This document shows, piece by piece, positions 13,985 to 27,642 of a DNA stretch of 64,000 bases (the stretch's first letter is position 1; the number at the start of each line of letters is the position of its first letter). Made by a program: the position numbers and the translations under genes. The stretch comes from Octopus vulgaris (taxonomy: Eukaryota), in assembly GCA_951406725.2 (NCBI GenBank), contig OX597818.1, forward strand, positions 74,834,001-74,898,000, written 5' to 3'. The notes below the pieces were generated by a model. It ran no database searches, was not told where the DNA came from, and was given only the letters and a program-made list of their open reading frames with translations.

Positions 13985-14560
13985 TTATTAGAGATTTTTG
14001 CGGAGGTGTACTTGTCAAGTAAGTGATTTGACTTGCGAACTTTATAGTCTTCTGGATGCCTTCTGATACTCTCCCCAAGGACCCAACAATGATTGACACT
14101 ATTTTCACCTTCTTCAATTTCCATAGCCGGGCTACATCGTAATTTAGGGGATTTTATTCATCTACTTTTCGTCTCCTTTCTTGGCTATTAGTGGGTCAAA
14201 TGGGCACGCAGCATCGACTATATAGCACATGTGGTGCATCTTATTCTAGTCTTACTTTTATACTCTAGCACCTGATCTGTTGGGATTGGGAAATCTCTCT
14301 GGATTTTGCAAGTCTCTGACCCCGCCACTTTCTGCGGTTTATTCTCATATCATATCTTGCATCTCTCTAGCCCCCACTTTTCACATAGTTTCCAATGCAG
14401 CACTTTCGCTACCTGATCGTGTCGTCACGACTTGTAGTAGTTTGGGGGAAAGTCTTGGGCATTCGCTCGCGATATGGGCATAAGTTTCGTCCATTTTGTT
14501 ACGGATATGGCACAGCAGAGACACTTAATATTATCAATATTTTGGTTTGGCTCAGGTAAG
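13985..14560 (-). mobile_element. Dong/R4 3' fragment (RLE endonuclease)
   Basis: IVDAACPFD and VKIVSIIVGSLG motifs; ends next to an ATT-rich tract. Confidence 0.65.
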
Positions 14561-14599
14561 TTCTTATTCCTGATTGTATTTATGTGGGTAGCATGTTAC

Positions 14600-15370
14600 T
14601 AGCTGTAATCTTAGGTATCCACAATTTTCACCTCCTTTCAAATGCTTAAAACCCTCCTGCTAATCCTTGCTATCCCTAACAGACAAACTTTCTGTTGGAG
14701 CTCTTCCCGGCTTTCGATTTCAGTCTCCTTCAGCCATTTGCCTATATTTTTGATTACCGTTCCCAAAGCACCAATTATTTACGGGATTGCATTTTTTTGC
14801 TTCTTGTCCCCTTTCTTTAGGACCCTGGAATCAAACAGACATGATGGGCCGATCAGTAAACAACTTCGTTTTTCCTTATCAATAATTGTTATGTCCGGCG
14901 TATTATTTTCTAATTTCTTGTCCGTTTGAATAGTAAAGTCCCACAAAATCTTACATCTCACCAACTCCAGTACTCTTTCGACTCGGTGATTGTACCATGT
15001 GTTTCCAGCTTCAAATTCCCATTTCTGGCTCAGCTTCCGGTGTATAACTTTTACAACCTGGTCGTGCCTCCATTTCTTTTATTCTTCCTGTAACTACTGG
15101 GGGGGGGGGTATTCTGGCACACTGTGTACCGCTGTCTCGTTCCAAGTTCCACAGATTCTACATTTTTCTGACACATTCTCTCTATATCTTTTTCTCAAGT
15201 TGTTTGTTTTTATCGCGTGAATTTGGGCTGCTAAAATTAGGCTCTGTTTCTTTTTTAATTGGCCTTTTTTTTAACCAAGCACAGAGTTTCGTTCCACATA
15301 AGTCTTCAGTGGCTTTCTAAAATTAGCCATGCGGGGGTTTCTCTCGAGTTTGTCTGACGTGTTCTCTTTG
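14600..15370 (-). mobile_element. Dong/R4 3' fragment (CCHC plus RLE)
   Basis: ORF 14779-14964 KILWDFTIQTDKKLENNTPDITIIDKEKRSCLLI; CRICG upstream. Confidence 0.8.
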
Positions 15371-15399
15371 TATTTCATTCTTCTTCTTTTATTATTATT

Positions 15400-18117
15400 C
15401 AGTAGTTTTATTTTTATAGCGTGCTTTCACTTCACTACCGAGCGCAGCTCTGTGTGCCTTGGGTATGTGCTGTGATTTGTTGTGATGCTCTGATGGTTAT
15501 TGTATGGAAAGTGTTCTGCGTAAGATGTGTGCAGTGCCCAGTAGTGCAATTTTCTGTATGTTATATGTGTTTGTAAGTCCTGGTATTTTTGTTATGTATT
15601 TGTCTGAATATTTTTTTATCATGCCTAATGCACCTACTATGATAGGAATTGTTTCTGTTTTTAGATTCTACATTCTGGTTACCTCTATTTCCAGGTCCTT
15701 GTATTTTGAGAGTTTCTCCAATACTCTGCCGGTATTGATACATCAATTAGAAAGCAATTTTTTTCTTCATGATCTCTGAGAACTATATCTGGTCTGTTGG
15801 CCTTAATTTCTCTATCTGTGTGTATTGGCATATCCCAGAGTATGGTTGCTTTCTCGTTTTCTGTGACCTTTTCCGGTGTGTGCCTATACCATCTTTTTTC
15901 TGTTGCTATTCCATAATGTTAGCATAGTTTCCAGTGTATATAGGTCCCAACTCTGTCGTGTCTGTGAATCTATTCATTCTTAGCCAGGACTGGGCAGCCA
16001 GAAATAATATGATTTATTGTTTCTTGTACATCTCCACATATTCTGCAGTTACTTGTTATATTTCTTTTCATTACATGTTTTTGGTAATTTATGGTGGGGA
16101 GACTTTGGTCTTGTGCTGCAATTAAAAATCCCTCTGTCTCCTGAGCTTCTCAACCATTGCTGGGATTTTTTTTTGTCTATTTCTTTTGCGTTTAGTTCAG
16201 TCTAGTATTTACCATGAAGGGGCTTTTCTTGCCATCGTTTTATCATGGTTCTTTGCTGTTCTAGTTTTAGTTTGGATTTCATTTGTTTTATAGCTTTTGT
16301 TGCTTCTTCATCTTCTTCTTCTTCTTCATATTTGTTAGGTGGTATGATTTCTTGTTTGTATTTGTCAGCTTCCTTAAATACTGAGAACAGTTTTTTGTTT
16401 TGCTCGTGTTTTGCCGCTATTTGTATCAGTTTTCCTTCCTTCTGAAGTAGGTATTTTTGCAGTCCTATGGTGGGTATTTTATAGTAGTTTTCTAGCTGTA
16501 TAAGGCCTCTACCACCTTCTATACGTTGTATATATAGTCTTTCTATGTCAGATTTTGGGTGATGCATCCTAGATCCTGTCATTATTTTTCTTGTTTTCCT
16601 ATCTATTTTGGTTAGTTCATTTAGTGTCCAGTTAAGGATATTGTAGCTGTAACTTATAACTGGGACAGCTAAAGTGTTAATACATATTATCTTGTTTTTA
16701 GCATTGAGCTCTGTTTTAGTATTGATCTAACTCGTCTATAATATTCTTTTTTTATTTTCTCTTTCATTTGTGTGTGTTGTGTCTTATCTAGTTCATGGAT
16801 TCCTAAGTATTTGTAAGTTTGGCTTTGGTCTAATTCTTTTATTTCATTGGTTTTATTTAGTGTGATGTTGCTACTCTTAACTAGTTTTCCTCTTTTCATG
16901 GTTACTTTGGCGCATTTTTCTAATCCAAATTTCATATCTATTTCTTTGGTAAATCCATGAACTGTCTTTAATAGTGTTTCCAGCTGTTTGTCATTTGCAG
17001 CGTCTAGTTTTAGGTCATCCATATATAAAAGGTGGCTGATCGTTTTGCCGTAACATTTATATCCGCATCCAGTTCTATTTAGCATATCAGATAGAGGTGA
17101 CAGTGCCAAGCAGAAAAGGAGTGGAGAGAGCGTGGCTCCCTGGAATATTCCTCTTCCAATGGGAATGACTTTGGTTTTCATGAGTCCCTCTTTTGTTTGG
17201 AGCTGTAGCACTGTTTGCCATTTATTCATAGAGTGCCCTATGAATTTTATAATTATTGGTGCTACTTTTTTAATGGCTAGTGTTTCGAGGATCCATGTGT
17301 GGGGGATGCTATCAAACGCCTTTTTGCAGTCGATCAAGGCCATACTGAGGCCTTTCTTCTTTCTGTGGCTGTCTTCAGTTATGGCTGTATTAATCATTAG
17401 TTGATCTTTACAGCCATATGAGCCTTTGCGGTATCCTTTCTGCTCTTCTGGGAACAGGTTGTTTTCGTCCAGATGCTTGTTCAACCTTTGCGATATCACT
17501 GCAGTAAATGCCTTGTACATTGTAGGGAGACAGGTTATTGGTATGTAGTTTTCTGGTTTTGCTGTCTCATTTGATTTGGAAATTAAGATGGTTTTCCCCT
17601 TCGTGAGCCATTCAGGCATTGTCTCTGGCTCTGCTAGTATGTTGTTAAAGTTTTCAGCTAGCTTTTTGTGCATTCCTGTTAGATATTTCAACCAGAAGTT
17701 GGGGATCTTGTCATGCCCAGGTGCCTTCCAGTTGCTTAGTCTTTGCAGTGCCTGGGTAACCTCTTCAGTTGTTATGGGGATCCAAAGTTGCTCAGATGCT
17801 AAGTTTGTTGTTTTAATACTCCTTTTTTTGGTTGTTCATTCACCGACCATATTTCTTTCAAGAATTCTTCCACTTCTGCCGTTGGTGCTGCAGTGATGTC
17901 TATTTTACTTTTGCCAAGTTCTTCGTAGAGCATTTTGGGGCTGGAGTTGAACTGTTTGTTTTGTTCAAAGAAACGTTTGCATTTCTCATACCGGCAGATC
18001 CTTTGTGCTTTGGCAAGGATATCTTGCTTTAGCTTTTCTTTTATCTCAGGTAAATCCTTTTCCGTGATGTTGTATTTGCACAGTATTTTTGTTTTCTTTT
18101 CGTTGCTTAGTTAAACC
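15400..18117 (-). mobile_element. Dong/R4-clade LINE, relatively young 5'-truncated copy flanked by (TAA)n
   Basis: 334-aa ORF 16687-17691 (ENYIPITCLPTMYK, GIFQGATLSPLLFCLAL, SHLLYMDDLKL); ORF 16202-16582 (MHHPKSDIERLYIQRIEGGRGL); RLE end TIPIIVGALG...LGTAHILR; ATT repeats at both junctions. Confidence 0.93.
16687..17691 (-). pseudogene. Reverse transcriptase domain of the Dong/R4 element
   Basis: RT motifs including QG.LSPLLF and YMDD; stops and frameshifts outside this segment. Confidence 0.9.
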
Positions 18118-18170
<53 letters not shown>

Positions 18171-18185
18171 GACATAATTATTATT

Positions 18186-18333
18186 AGCACAGCGAGCTGG
18201 CATGGTATTTATCCCGCCAGGCTAAATGCTAACAATATTTCGGCTGTGTTCGTGTTCTGAGTTTAAATTCCGCCAAGGTCGACTTTGCCTTTCATCCCCG
18301 GAAGTTGCTGGCCTTTTGTCAAAATTTGAAACC
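18186..18333 (+). mobile_element. SINE family B copy with (AAT)n tail
   Basis: GCGAGCTGGCA head, GGTCGACTTTGCCTTTCATCC core, 3' end TTGCTGGCCTT..AAATTTGAAACC then (ATA)n. Confidence 0.8.
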
Positions 18334-18380
<47 letters not shown>

Positions 18381-18382
18381 TA

Positions 18383-18429
<47 letters not shown>

Positions 18430-18432
<3 letters not shown>

Positions 18433-18712
18433 TAGTTTTATTTTTATAGCGTGCTTTCACTTCACTACCGAGTCTGTGCCTTGGGTATGTGCTGTGATTT
18501 GTTGTGATGCTCTGATGGTTATTGTGATGGTTATTCTGATGGTTAAGTGCTCTGCGTAGGATGTGTGCAGTGCCTAGTAGTGCAATTTTCTGTATGATAT
18601 ATGTGTTTGTAAGTCCTGGTGTTTTTGTTATGTATTTGTCTGAATATTTTTTTATCATGCCTAATGCACCTACTATGATAGGAATTGTTTGCACCTACTA
18701 TGATAGGAATTG

Positions 18713-18715
<3 letters not shown>
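18430..18715 (-). mobile_element. Short Dong/R4 3' end, near-identical to 15400-15655
   Basis: ORF TIPIIVGALGMIKKYSDKYITKTPGL...LGTAHILRRAL; (TAA)n on both sides. Confidence 0.9.
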
Positions 18716-18797
<82 letters not shown>

Positions 18798-18809
18798 CAT
18801 ATACGGGCA

Positions 18810-19040
18810 ACAGATTAGACTGTTGGGAAAGAAAATTTCCTAGCATCGGGCTACAAGTAACCTTTTATGTCAAGAACCCTCTTAAATATGTTAGCTGTCC
18901 CTTATAACACTATTTTCTGGGGCTGTACTAAATTGAGTTTCATGCCTACTTTCTCAATCCATTTGTTCAAATCTTTAGGGAAAGTTCATTATACACCTAT
19001 AACTACTGGGACACATTTTACCCGCACTTTTCATATCATT
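18810..19040 (-). mobile_element. Dong/R4 3' fragment, diverged
   Basis: CVPVVIGV and QKIVL.GTANIFKRVL motifs. Confidence 0.6.
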
Positions 19041-19059
19041 ATTATTGTTATTTACTTTT

Positions 19060-20150
19060 ATTCTGCATGTTTCTTACAATTGCTTTTCGAGACACACCTA
19101 GCGTCCTAGGGCAAGTGAAGGATAAGTGATTTTACAATATAACTGACAACTTGAGAAGGGATAGTGGCAAGGGCACTAGCGAAATATCTTCGTGTAGTAC
19201 AACACAGATATTTAGATTGATAAGTTTTTTCTAAGGATGTGGGCAGTACTTTTCAACATAATCTGGATTTCTCTAAGACATGGTTGTCTTGGGATGTTAT
19301 GTAAATATTTCTGACATCCCTTCTTTACCATACCTAGGGCATCTACAATAACAGGAATAGTTCTCGCTTTAAGATCCCATGTATTGTTTTTAAAATTTTA
19401 ATCCTTATATGTATTTACTTAGTCAAATTCCTTTACAGATATATTTTTATCAGTGGGAACACATACTTATATTAGTCTACAAGTAGTTTCTTCACTATTT
19501 TTATGACTATATCTGGTCGATTATCCTGGATCGTTCTGTCGGTTTGACTGGAAACTTTCAGAGGATAGTGACAGCAACTGGTTCAGGATGATGTTCATAC
19601 CAGTAAGCAGGAGTGCTGATTTTGCAGTGTTTACATATTTTCCAAAGTAAATAGTGTCCTAACCTAGCGTGGAAACGTTTGTACTCTTTGATGACAGCAC
19701 AGGATATCCTGAGACGAGATGGTCTATCGTTTCTTCAAATATGTCGCACAATCTGCATTTAGGATCAGAACCGTTTTGAAGAATGTTTCTCCAGTAGCTT
19801 TTGGTAAGCAAGCATTAATCTTGTACCGCCAATATGAAACCTTCAATCCCTGCTTTCAGTCCTGAACTTCTCAGCCACTGATGGGTCGTTGCTTGGTCTA
19901 CACCAGCATTTCGATTTCGAACTATATATTGTCCATGCTGAGACTTCTTGATCCACCGCTCCTCAGTTTGTTTCTGTCTGTTCTTTTTTTCAGTCTGCTT
20001 GATCCATTTTGTGTGTTTAGTGGCAGTAGTTTCACGTTCTTCATCTAATTCGGGGTTAATGCCAAGTTCCCTGGCAAATTTGCGAGCTTTCTTGACAATA
20101 GAATGTGCTTTTTTTTTTGTTGCTTTCGTATTAGCACAACGCGCGAAATA
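19060..20150 (-). mobile_element. Dong/R4 3' fragment
   Basis: THQWLRSSGLKAGIEGFILAVQD, CRLCD, RPDIVIK and TIPVIVDALG; homologous to 38934-39596. Confidence 0.8.
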
Positions 20151-20399
20151 TCACGAGCAGGAGTAATCGGTTTGGGAGTTGTTTTCGTTTTTGTTTTTGT
20201 TTTATTTTGTTTTCATTTCCTTCTTCTCTAATTTAGATAAGAAAGGCATGTTTCAACTCATATTTAATTTATTTCGTTCGATCTTATTTCATATGCAATT
20301 TTTACTGAATTAGCGGGCAGAGGTGATAGCCAAAGTGGTAATAACACCAAGATAAATAAAAGCAACCCAACCAAAAAACATGTGTTGATAAAATATTAG

Positions 20400-20760
20400 A
20401 ACTGATTTAAGACCGAAAAACAGAAATAACATCTGACAATATTGAAGGAACAGATACACAAAGAAATGAATTTATGATAGAAAACAATGGCACTAATGAT
20501 TTCAAAGCTCAAGGGAAAATAATAAAGAAAATAAATATTACCTTATTATAGAAAATGTTGGCCATATTGACTTGAGCGTTCGTAACAACGGAATATAACA
20601 CGACAAACATATTGAACACACATAAACGCTCATCAATGCAATAATACACGCGTTCGCACAAAATTTACCAAGTATAAACATTTGTCATTTCATTTGCTCT
20701 TTTGTGAACCCTTGTTACATAAAAAAAATCCCTGGACTTGGAACAGATCCAGCCATAAAA
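20400..20760 (+). pseudogene. LRR-like relic
   Basis: RNEFMIENNGTNDFKAQ, ENVGHIDLSVRNNGI and AFAQNLPSIN in shifting frames. Confidence 0.25.
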
Positions 20761-20949
20761 AGAAACCTTATAGAGCTGTATGACAAAAGTATGCGTCCGC
20801 GCATCCGAGGAACTTGTCTAAAACTGAGCGAGAAATAAAGTCGCACAGTTTGAAAATGTGAGAGGCGGAGTTCGGTGTATTCTCAAAAGAGCAACTGAAG
20901 ACAAACCCAGTCGCCAGGTGGAACAATGTTCTTTTCACCAAACGGTAAA

Positions 20950-21870
20950 AATCATACGGATGTATCATCGTAGTAATGAGGACTGAGGGATATGCCAAGT
21001 GAGTAGGAGAGGTTGTCCGACATGTGCCTGACTAAGAAGACATGGACCTGAGTAAGGTAAGTGTGAAAAGCAGTTTATAGGTAATGGCATTGGTCCTTAG
21101 TACCTTCTTATTTTTGTAACGGAATATGGTCATCTTGTGTGTGCAAGAATCTCAAGAAATTATACTGAAGCCTGCTATGAGTTTACAAGTCTTAGTGGTA
21201 CCCTGATTTTATTAAGGCTTTCTTGAATTGTGTTTTGCAGCGGGTGCCAAAACAAAAGAAAATAATGAGATTTGAAAGTCAAGAGCAGAAAACCCTGCTG
21301 TAACACTTGTGGAAATAAAATTCTCTGTTCTTTCTGTCTAGAAATTAAAACGAATTACACAGGAACAAAACAGTGGGCACCAACAGAATCAATAATAACA
21401 GCAGATTGTGTAACTCGAAAAGAGATCAGAAACTCGTATAGCTCTTTGAACAAAATGTCGGAGACCAGCGAGATCCACCTAGATCAAAACTAATCGTGCT
21501 ATCCCAGTGTCTTGTGACAATGTAGAGGGTAAAAGCGAGGATACGGAAACTTGATTTAGGTAACTTTAAAAATAGACTCGCAGGTAAAATTAATTTGGAC
21601 AAGTGTGAACCGGATTCTTCCGAAGTCTTAATTTGTTCTGTTGTGTGAAACATTAATGCTTTTTTCGTGAGAGTAATAAAAGAATTCCGGCAGAAATTAG
21701 TTGTAATAAGTTTAAACTATCCTTCTTGAAGGCGTCGGATACATGATACCACGTTCCACTAACAAAATGCACTCTTGGAGACTGGATAATTTTTACAGTG
21801 ATGAGTGATACATGAATGAAGAGATAAAAGGGCGAAAAAGACTAAGGAGCCCACGCCACCGCACACGCAT
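20950..21870 (-). pseudogene. TLR/LRR receptor N-terminal relic (signal peptide, LRRNT, LRRs)
   Basis: SLVFFALLSLHSCITHHC, a frameshifted P.ECI-C-SG.VVSCI (LRRNT-like), then ITTNFCRNSFITL, LSKLILPASLFLKLPKSSF, IDSVGAHCFVP, LQYNFL and VLRTNAITY. Confidence 0.45.
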
Positions 21871-23617
21871 CTCTCATCGAAATTCAAAGGTCTTCACACA
21901 AAATAGGAGTGATAAAATTACTAGCCGAATAAAAGAAGTATAGATGTACTTTATGTGTTTTAATAACATATTTAAAATATGCTGTATTTTTACATAATTT
22001 ATTTTCATTATTTAATCTGTATTTAATATACATTAAATTTTAACGCGTCAGCTGTACCTTAATATGATCATAGAATAAAGCGATTGGACCGATGTTGCAG
22101 AGCAGAAGGCTAGTTCGTTACAAACGTTGCACTGGGAGCCACTTGGAGGCTTTGTGCTGTGGTTACCTGGAAAGTAGATATGAGAGAAGAAAACTGCAAC
22201 AGGAGCAGCGATACGATTACAGCTAGGAAAGTGACCGAAAACTAACCTCCCCTTCCCTACACGTGGATGACGAATAGGTGACGTACACCGATGCCTTTAG
22301 TTTACCACCTTATTACTTGCACTAATAAGAAAGCAGTGAAGAAATGAGCAAATTTTCCAAGACCACAAAGCGACAATAGAAAAAGGGCGTATAAACGAAA
22401 AATAAATTCAACCAAATGTTGTTTGATAAGAGGAATACATTGGTGTCAAGATGAGATTTAGGTGGATGCGCTGGACGGTGCGGAGAAAGTATAAGCAGAT
22501 GATGTGCTGCTCCGGGTGAACCTGGGCCGGACGTTTGTAACCATCCATCATTTACTATTCATACAATAATGTCAAATCCAACTCCAGAGTATCATCCTTC
22601 CCTTCTCATTAAAATATTTCTTGTTTGCCGTATTCTGTTATTTATTGAATGTGTGTATAGCCTACCTTTTTTACTTGTTTCAGTGATTGGATTGCAGTCA
22701 TGTTGGGGCACCACCTTGAAATTAACACTACTACTTGTGTTTTTAACCTTGGAACTTGTTACATCGGTCTCTTATGCCGAACCGCTATATTTCGGGGGAG
22801 TAAACACGCCAGCACCGTACATATTAGCGATGACACTAATGAAAACGTCAACACTTTAATAATTGAAGTGAGTCATTAATCCAATGGCCATGAAATACCT
22901 CTGTGCAGTAAGTTTCAACAATACTCGTATCTGTGTGTGAACAACTTCACGTCCAAGATTTTATTCATATGCGTGGCAACGGCACTGATACATTGAGTAC
23001 ACAATGTTCAATAAAATTATCTTGCTATGTTCCATAATAACATTGAGAAAATAGAAGTAAGTCAAGCTACAAGATTTACTTTCCACAGGCACTGGACGTA
23101 GAATACCAGAGCGAGTGCCTGGCTCCCTTTTCGAAGTTGACCTTGTCGTGTCGCGGAGAAGAAGAGGGGTAAAGAGAAGAAATTCGAACGGGAATACATA
23201 CTAAAATAGGCGATGTGCTACTAACGCCCTTCTGCGTGTCATTTAGCAGTTATGCCTAGTAAGTTAGCAAAGGGGGAGATAACCACAGACAAATGTAAAG
23301 AAACACTCACACACGCATAATATATATACGATGGGCTTCTTTCAGTATCCATCTATCTCATCCACTCACAAGGCTTTGGTCGGCCTGAAGCTATAATAGA
23401 ATACACTATATAAGGTGCCACGCAGTGGGACTGACCCTGAAATAAAGTGTTAAGGACGAATGCTTAATACCACGCAAACAAACCCACGTATGCACATATA
23501 CTCTGTGGAGATTACGTTTCTCAGGCATGGTTGTGTGTTAAAAGCGTTCACTTCATAACCTAATAATATGGTTTCTGATTTCAGTCTCACTCTACTGCAC
23601 CAGAGGCAGATATTACA

Positions 23618-24030
23618 ACGCAGGCGTGGCCGTGTGGTGAGAAGCTTCCTTCCCAATCACATGGTTCCGAGTTCAGTCCTCTGCGTGGCACATTGGCCAA
23701 GTGTCTTCTACTATAGCCTCAGATCGACTAAAGCGTTGTGAGCGGATTCGGTGCACGGAAGCTGAAAGAAGCACGTCGTATATATACATATATATATGTG
23801 TGTATGTGTGTGTGTGTGTGTATTAGTGTGTTTGTGTCTGTGTTTGTCTCCCCCACCATCACTTGGCAACCGATGTTGGTATGTTTACGTCCCCGTAACC
23901 TAGCGGTTCGGCAAAAGTGACGATAGAATGAGTACCAGGCTTACAAAGAATAAGTGCAAGCTCGATTTCTTCGACGAAAAAGCGGTGTTCTAGCATGCTC
24001 ACCAGCAAACTGACTGAAACAAGTAAAACA
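23618..24030 (+). mobile_element. SINE family A (tRNA-derived, internal TA/TG microsatellite)
   Basis: GGCGTGGCCGTGTGGT A-box and GAGTTCAGTCC B-box-like head, GGCCAAGTGTCTT core, 3' TGACTGAAACAAGTAAAA; matches 43201-43605 and 54131-54563. Confidence 0.88.
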
Positions 24031-24789
24031 ATATATATATATATATACACACACACACATATATACCTTTAATTTCGTATAAATACATTTATATAAATAC
24101 TAATCTAAATTTATATTTATATGTATTTGCACTAAGTTATGTCAGTTGTTTCTATATTTTCATTGGTATTTGTTGATGTATTTATTTATGTATAATTTTT
24201 GCTTGCTCCATTATAGCTGTTAATATTGTTCTATTTATCTTATATCTTATATCTCTATTATTTGTTATTATATGGATATACATAAAAATATAAGTAGATA
24301 ATAGGTTGTCTATCGCTGTATATGTATATTGCCTGATGTGCCCTCTCCATTGTTATTTCAATGCAGTATTGTGTTTACATCTGCTTACGTTTAAATTTAT
24401 ATATTACATTTTGGCATTTACAAATAACTGTTCGTATGTATATTTGACAATGTTTATATTCACGTAATTGTCATTTGTATATCAATTTGCGTTCGTTATT
24501 TCAGTAACTATAAATCAATACATATGTTAGATTTGTATCTTTATTTCTTAGTGTTTTTTAATATATTTATATATATGTTACTTCTCAGGGCTATTGATAC
24601 TTAGATGTTTAGATTGTTTATTTTCCTATTAACGATACGTGGAAATAAATACACATATGCAAATACACACACACATAAACATATATATATATAAATAAAT
24701 ATATATAGATAGATATATAGATAGATAGATAGATACATACATACATACATACATACATACATACATACATACATACATACATACATGTG

Positions 24790-26430
24790 CTGTCTTCAGT
24801 GATAGCTTTAGAAAAGAGGTCCGGATTTTAATAATAAGACCTTGAACAACAATCGCGGTTTTTGCATCAGTAGCAACCATAAATCAGGAAACTATAACTG
24901 TAAATACCGAAGACCTACAAATACAAATGTCATGCACATAGAGATGGCAGCAACGTCAATCTAACGCCCACCCCACCGCCGATACAATGCTACAAACCAT
25001 GAGGAAAACATTAATCTTTAAAACTCTCCCTTTTAAAACTAAGAAACACGAACACACACCAAAAGAAAGCATTGAAAAATGCCTTAAACCCATGTAGGGC
25101 ACAACCACGTATGTGGCTTTAGGAACAAATACAGCACTGTGGTATTCGCGTCTGAAGAAGAAGCAAAAGAACACTCCACAGTGCCTTTAAAATCAACTGA
25201 TTTTTGCGCTTAATTTGTTTGCTTTATTTTTATTTTTGTTCCGGGCATTAGTGTTCTTTTACATGTATGTTGAGGTAGTTCGTCATTGGGGCATATTTCT
25301 TTCTTGTGTGATGTTTGTGTGTTTTGTGTGTTCACGTTTAGAAAAGGAGCTATCCTGGTAGGGTTACCCTCATGTATAGGGGCTCTTCTTTGAAGTATTT
25401 GAGTGTAAAATATTGCTTATATCTGCAGGGAGGGAAGGAATAGACAATCACTTTACTCATTTATACAAATACCACAAGATCTTCATTAGAAACACTGTTA
25501 AAGTTAGCTATAATTGTCTTTTCAATACAGGGTTAATAATATTCAATCACAATAACCAATCACATACCAGAAACCCCCGAGAAAGAAAATGCAAGTAGAG
25601 ATTTCCTAACCGGAGCCCTCTAAACAACAACTGTCTCATGAAAGAACTCGTATACAAGGTCATGTCCAACAGAATGACAAAGCCGTGTATCGGAATGACG
25701 GGCAACTCATTCAAGAATAGGTATACACAGCATCCTGCATCATTCAGAGACAAATACATTCATCTTGCTTCATTCAGAGAGAAATACAAAACACTCTGCA
25801 ATATTCCTATCAAATATAATATGGACATTGAAAGAAGATGAAATAATCAGCCCTAAGATAGAATGGAAAATTATTGCTGAAGTCAAAAATACGGAAGAAG
25901 GGATACCAAATGTGAATTTTGTATTACTGAAAAATTAGACGTTATACAATCAACAGATTTTAAACGTTAGAGATGAAAACCTCTCCCTGCATACACTAAT
26001 AATATTTTACACTCAAATATTTCAAACAAGAATCCCTATGCAGGAGGGTAACCCTACCAGGACAGATACTTTCCTAGACGTGAACACACATAGCACAAAT
26101 ACCTCACACAAAAAAAAATATGCCCCAATGGCAAACTACCTCAAGGACAAGAACACCATGCCCAGAACAACATAATCATGCAAAATAGGGCAAACAAATT
26201 AATCGCAAAAAATTGACCAATCAACAAAGCCAAGGGAGACAAACATTCAAAAGATATAACTCAAGTGTGACGTTCCTTGTTTCATTGATTCATTGTTTTA
26301 TTTATGCGATTTACGAGAAATCCCGTGAACGGAACGAGATTGTTTCCCAAAATGGAGGCGAACACCATTCTCCATATGATCGGCTTGAAAGATTGTTAAG
26401 ACAATAGGATATTTACCTACTTTTCTTAAC
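24790..26430 (+). mobile_element. Penelope-like element 3' part with an internal inverted copy of its 3' region
   Basis: HKIFIRNTVKVSYNC, CIGMTGNSFKNRY and IEWKII..CEFC motifs; 25195-25432 is the reverse complement of about 25985-26215. Confidence 0.8.
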
Positions 26431-26666
26431 ATGAAACCAATGATGTATGTGTGTGTGTGTATGTGTGTGTGTATGCGTGTAGTCATGTAAGATTTTGTTT
26501 ATCGGAAAGATCAGGTACTCGTACATCCGATCCGTCACCATACTTATCGTGCCAGGCACCCTGACGAATACTGTCTTAGGCAATCACCTAATTACCTAAT
26601 CCGTGGGCGAAGGCGATTGGTAAGAACGGCTTGCTTAAAAGGCTCATAATTTTGTATACTATAAAG

Positions 26667-26716
<50 letters not shown>

Positions 26717-26749
26717 TGCTATAGACTTTATCAGTTTTGAAATAGATTT

Positions 26750-27498
26750 CCTTTAAACATCAATTGCTGTTATTTTAGTGAAAAGGTAAAACAGAAACTA
26801 AGAGGCGATGCAGTTTCTTTTGATAGGAAATTATATTCTTATTTCATATTCAACTTATTTTAATTAACTCATTAATTCCTGCGGAAGAATCATGTACGCC
26901 CTTATCTGATTTCACATTCATGTTCATTCGAAATAACTAAAAATGAAGGATAATGGTGAAATTCTATCAGTTGACTCTATTATCAAACTTCCATTTCTGT
27001 AACACTAATGTTATATCGATCTATTAGCTGAAAGCTTGCTAATTAATCAAAGCATTCAAGTAGATACTTCACTACCTTTTAATGTCATCCATGTTTTGGA
27101 TCTTTTGAAACTCTTAAGTTCCGAGCCGATTTCTATAACGTCTTTATATTGATTCAATAAGTTTTGGAATTTTCCACTTCCAAACTATTTCCAAAATATT
27201 CTTCAAATGTCTGCAATGTGGTTTGGTTGTTTTTTTTACGTCCAGTTACGATATTACTCTGCTCTTTCATGGATTATATTTGTCCCAAATATTTTAAGAG
27301 ATTTTCAGAAATCCAGCCTCTTCAGATATTAATTTAATTTTGTACATCAACAACGGATAACCAATTTTTCCTTTTTTTTTCTAACATGTTTTGCGTATAG
27401 CTCTACATTCTGAGGCTGCTGATTCACTAAAATGCTAATGCATCCAAGATATATACATACATATATATATATATATATATAGATAGATAGATAGATAT

Positions 27499-27545
<47 letters not shown>

Positions 27546-27574
27546 CACATATACACGCACAATTGTATGTATGC

Positions 27575-27642
<68 letters not shown>

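Noticed and set aside
23618-23690. tRNA-like sequence
   Set aside because: SINE head with A/B boxes; no complete cloverleaf, and it continues into the SINE body.
26505-26640. CTGACGA with a long downstream stem
   Set aside because: No GAAA after the stem; the permuted reading needs several corrections.
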